A stretch of 32,000 nt of DNA from an uncultured bacterium (GTDB lineage Bacteria > Auribacterota > JACPWU01). Under the pieces are notes generated by a model that saw only the letters and a program-made list of their open reading frames with translations, ran no database searches and had not been told where the DNA came from. The stretch is from assembly GCA_964640155.1 (NCBI GenBank), contig CAZXEQ010000006.1, positions 9,013-41,012 of the forward strand, written 5' to 3'. Positions 31,085 through 32,000 of this stretch are shown one piece after another. The translations under genes were made by a program, and so were the position numbers. The number at the start of each line of letters is the position of its first letter. Positions within the stretch are counted from its first letter, which is position 1.

Positions 31085-32000
31085 ACTTTTTCAAATCGCG
31101 AATCATTCTGGTTAGCAGTCGAACCCCAATCCCCGTTGCCCCTTTCACACAATAAGGTCTCTTCTCATCAGCCCAGGCTGTCCCAGCAATATCGAGATGG
31201 GCCCATGGAAAATTGACAAATTGCTTTAAGAACATGGCTGCGGTAATTGTTCCAGCTCCGCGAGAACCTACATTTTTAATTTCTCCCACATCGCCTTTAA
31301 TTTGATCAAAATATTCATCCCATAAAGGAAGCTGCCACGCACGTTCACCAGAATTTTCTCCCGCCTCCTTAATGAGATTAATCACTTTGTCATCATTTCC
31401 CATTAAACCAATCGCAAGTTGGCCTAGAGCAACGACACAAGCCCCGGTCAAAGTGGCCAAATCTACAACCATTTTAGGTTTATAGCGTTGGGCGTAAAAA
31501 AGACCATCCCCCAATAAAAGCCTTCCTTCCGCATCGGTATTTAAAACCTCCACGCTTTTTCCAGAACCCATCCAAATGACATCTCCTGGTCGCACCGCTG
31601 TTCCACTTGGCATATTCTCCGCAGCTGGAATAATCCCAACAATATGAGTTTTAAGTCCTAATTTTGCTACTGCACGCAAAATACCTGCCACAGCAGCTCC
31701 TCCAGCCATATCGTATTTCATTTTTTCCATGCCATCACTGGGTTTAATCGAAATACCTCCACTGTCAAAGGTTACACCCTTACCTACAAAAGCAAAATCA
31801 ACAGGAGATTTGGTATTCCCATATTCCAAAACGATGAATCGAGGTTCTTCAGCACTCCCCTGGGAAACGGCAAGAATCCCCCCCATTTTCATTTTTTGAA
31901 GTGCTTTTTTATCAAAAGCCTTAAAAGAAATCCCACATTCTTTGGCCATTTTTGAAATTCGATCGGCCAAAACACGAGGAGGAAGTTCATTCGCAGGACT
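31083..32000 (-). CDS. pepA: Leucyl aminopeptidase (M17, PepA), C-terminal catalytic domain; 5' end lies beyond the window
   Basis: NTDAEGRL, VGKGVTFDSGG, DMAGGA and ATLTGA motifs. The frame stays open to nt 32000 (…SPANELPPRVLADRI…, matching the M17 'PAN.LtP' region). The ORF-track start at 31970 is an internal TTG. Confidence 0.92.
   Translation of the reverse strand, partial: SPANELPPRVLADRISKMAKECGISFKAFDKKALQKMKMGGILAVSQGSAEEPRFIVLEYGNTKSPVDFAFVGKGVTFDSGGISIKPSDGMEKMKYDMAGGAAVAGILRAVAKLGLKTHIVGIIPAAENMPSGTAVRPGDVIWMGSGKSVEVLNTDAEGRLLLGDGLFYAQRYKPKMVVDLATLTGACVVALGQLAIGLMGNDDKVINLIKEAGENSGERAWQLPLWDEYFDQIKGDVGEIKNVGSRGAGTITAAMFLKQFVNFPWAHLDIAGTAWADEKRPYCVKGATGIGVRLLTRMIRDLKK

Noticed and set aside
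30967-31216. Two small ORFs (30967-31152 minus, 31019-31216 plus) across element 3
   Set aside because: Both are carried mainly by the GC-rich palindrome. One overlaps the pepA 3' end in another frame and the other is antisense to it. The Arg/Ser-rich translations look non-genic.
1-32000. Window-wide check for a defence island, prophage or mobile element
   Set aside because: I saw no integrase, transposase, restriction/modification, toxin-antitoxin, cas or phage structural motifs in any long ORF. Apart from the giant adhesin-like gene and the orphan secreted protein, the content is core metabolism and respiration.

Overview
AT-rich, densely coding bacterial chromosomal window. I saw no rRNA, tRNA, CRISPR array, transposase, integrase or phage genes. 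Contents in order: (1) 2-5980 (+), the 3' 1992 codons of a giant modular surface or adhesin-like protein that continues past the 5' window edge. It has beta-helix-like repeats, LamG, Calx-beta, TSP3-like Ca-binding repeats, four copies of a ~175-aa jelly-roll-like module, and one Ig-like domain. (2) 5985-9144 (-), a housekeeping operon: trmJ, era, yjbQ-family, mrp/apbC. (3) 9210-10160 (+), a patatin-like phospholipase. (4) 10213-16445 (+), a tight co-directional cluster: thiolase, aldehyde dehydrogenase, MTA/aminofutalosine-type deaminase, UbiA-family (MqnP-like) prenyltransferase, UbiX and UbiE/MenG. I read this as late menaquinone (futalosine-route) biosynthesis. (5) 16539-21847 (-), a Rieske / b6-type cytochrome b / enlarged subunit IV / octahaem cytochrome c operon. 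(6) 22088-24688 (+), a DUF59 protein, a REC-PAS-PAS histidine kinase and a CheY-like receiver, divergent from that operon. (7) 24673-29332 (-), a livK-like/livH/livM/livG/livF branched-chain amino-acid ABC transporter. (8) 29430-30953 (+), an orphan secreted 507-aa protein. (9) 31083-32000 (-), an M17 leucyl aminopeptidase truncated at the 3' window edge. No defence or mobile system is evident. The signals not explained by gene calls are three CpG-rich long palindromic elements that fill intergenic gaps. Two of them (20233-20379 and 28128-28212) are inverted arrays of tandem heptamers, an STRR-like architecture, sitting inside operons just before genes that lack a Shine-Dalgarno. Also notable are the four-fold module in the giant protein, the octahaem cytochrome with a coiled-coil stalk, and an exact 55-nt duplicate at the window edge. 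Taxonomy cannot be fixed from sequence alone. All domain calls come from motif reading, not database searches.
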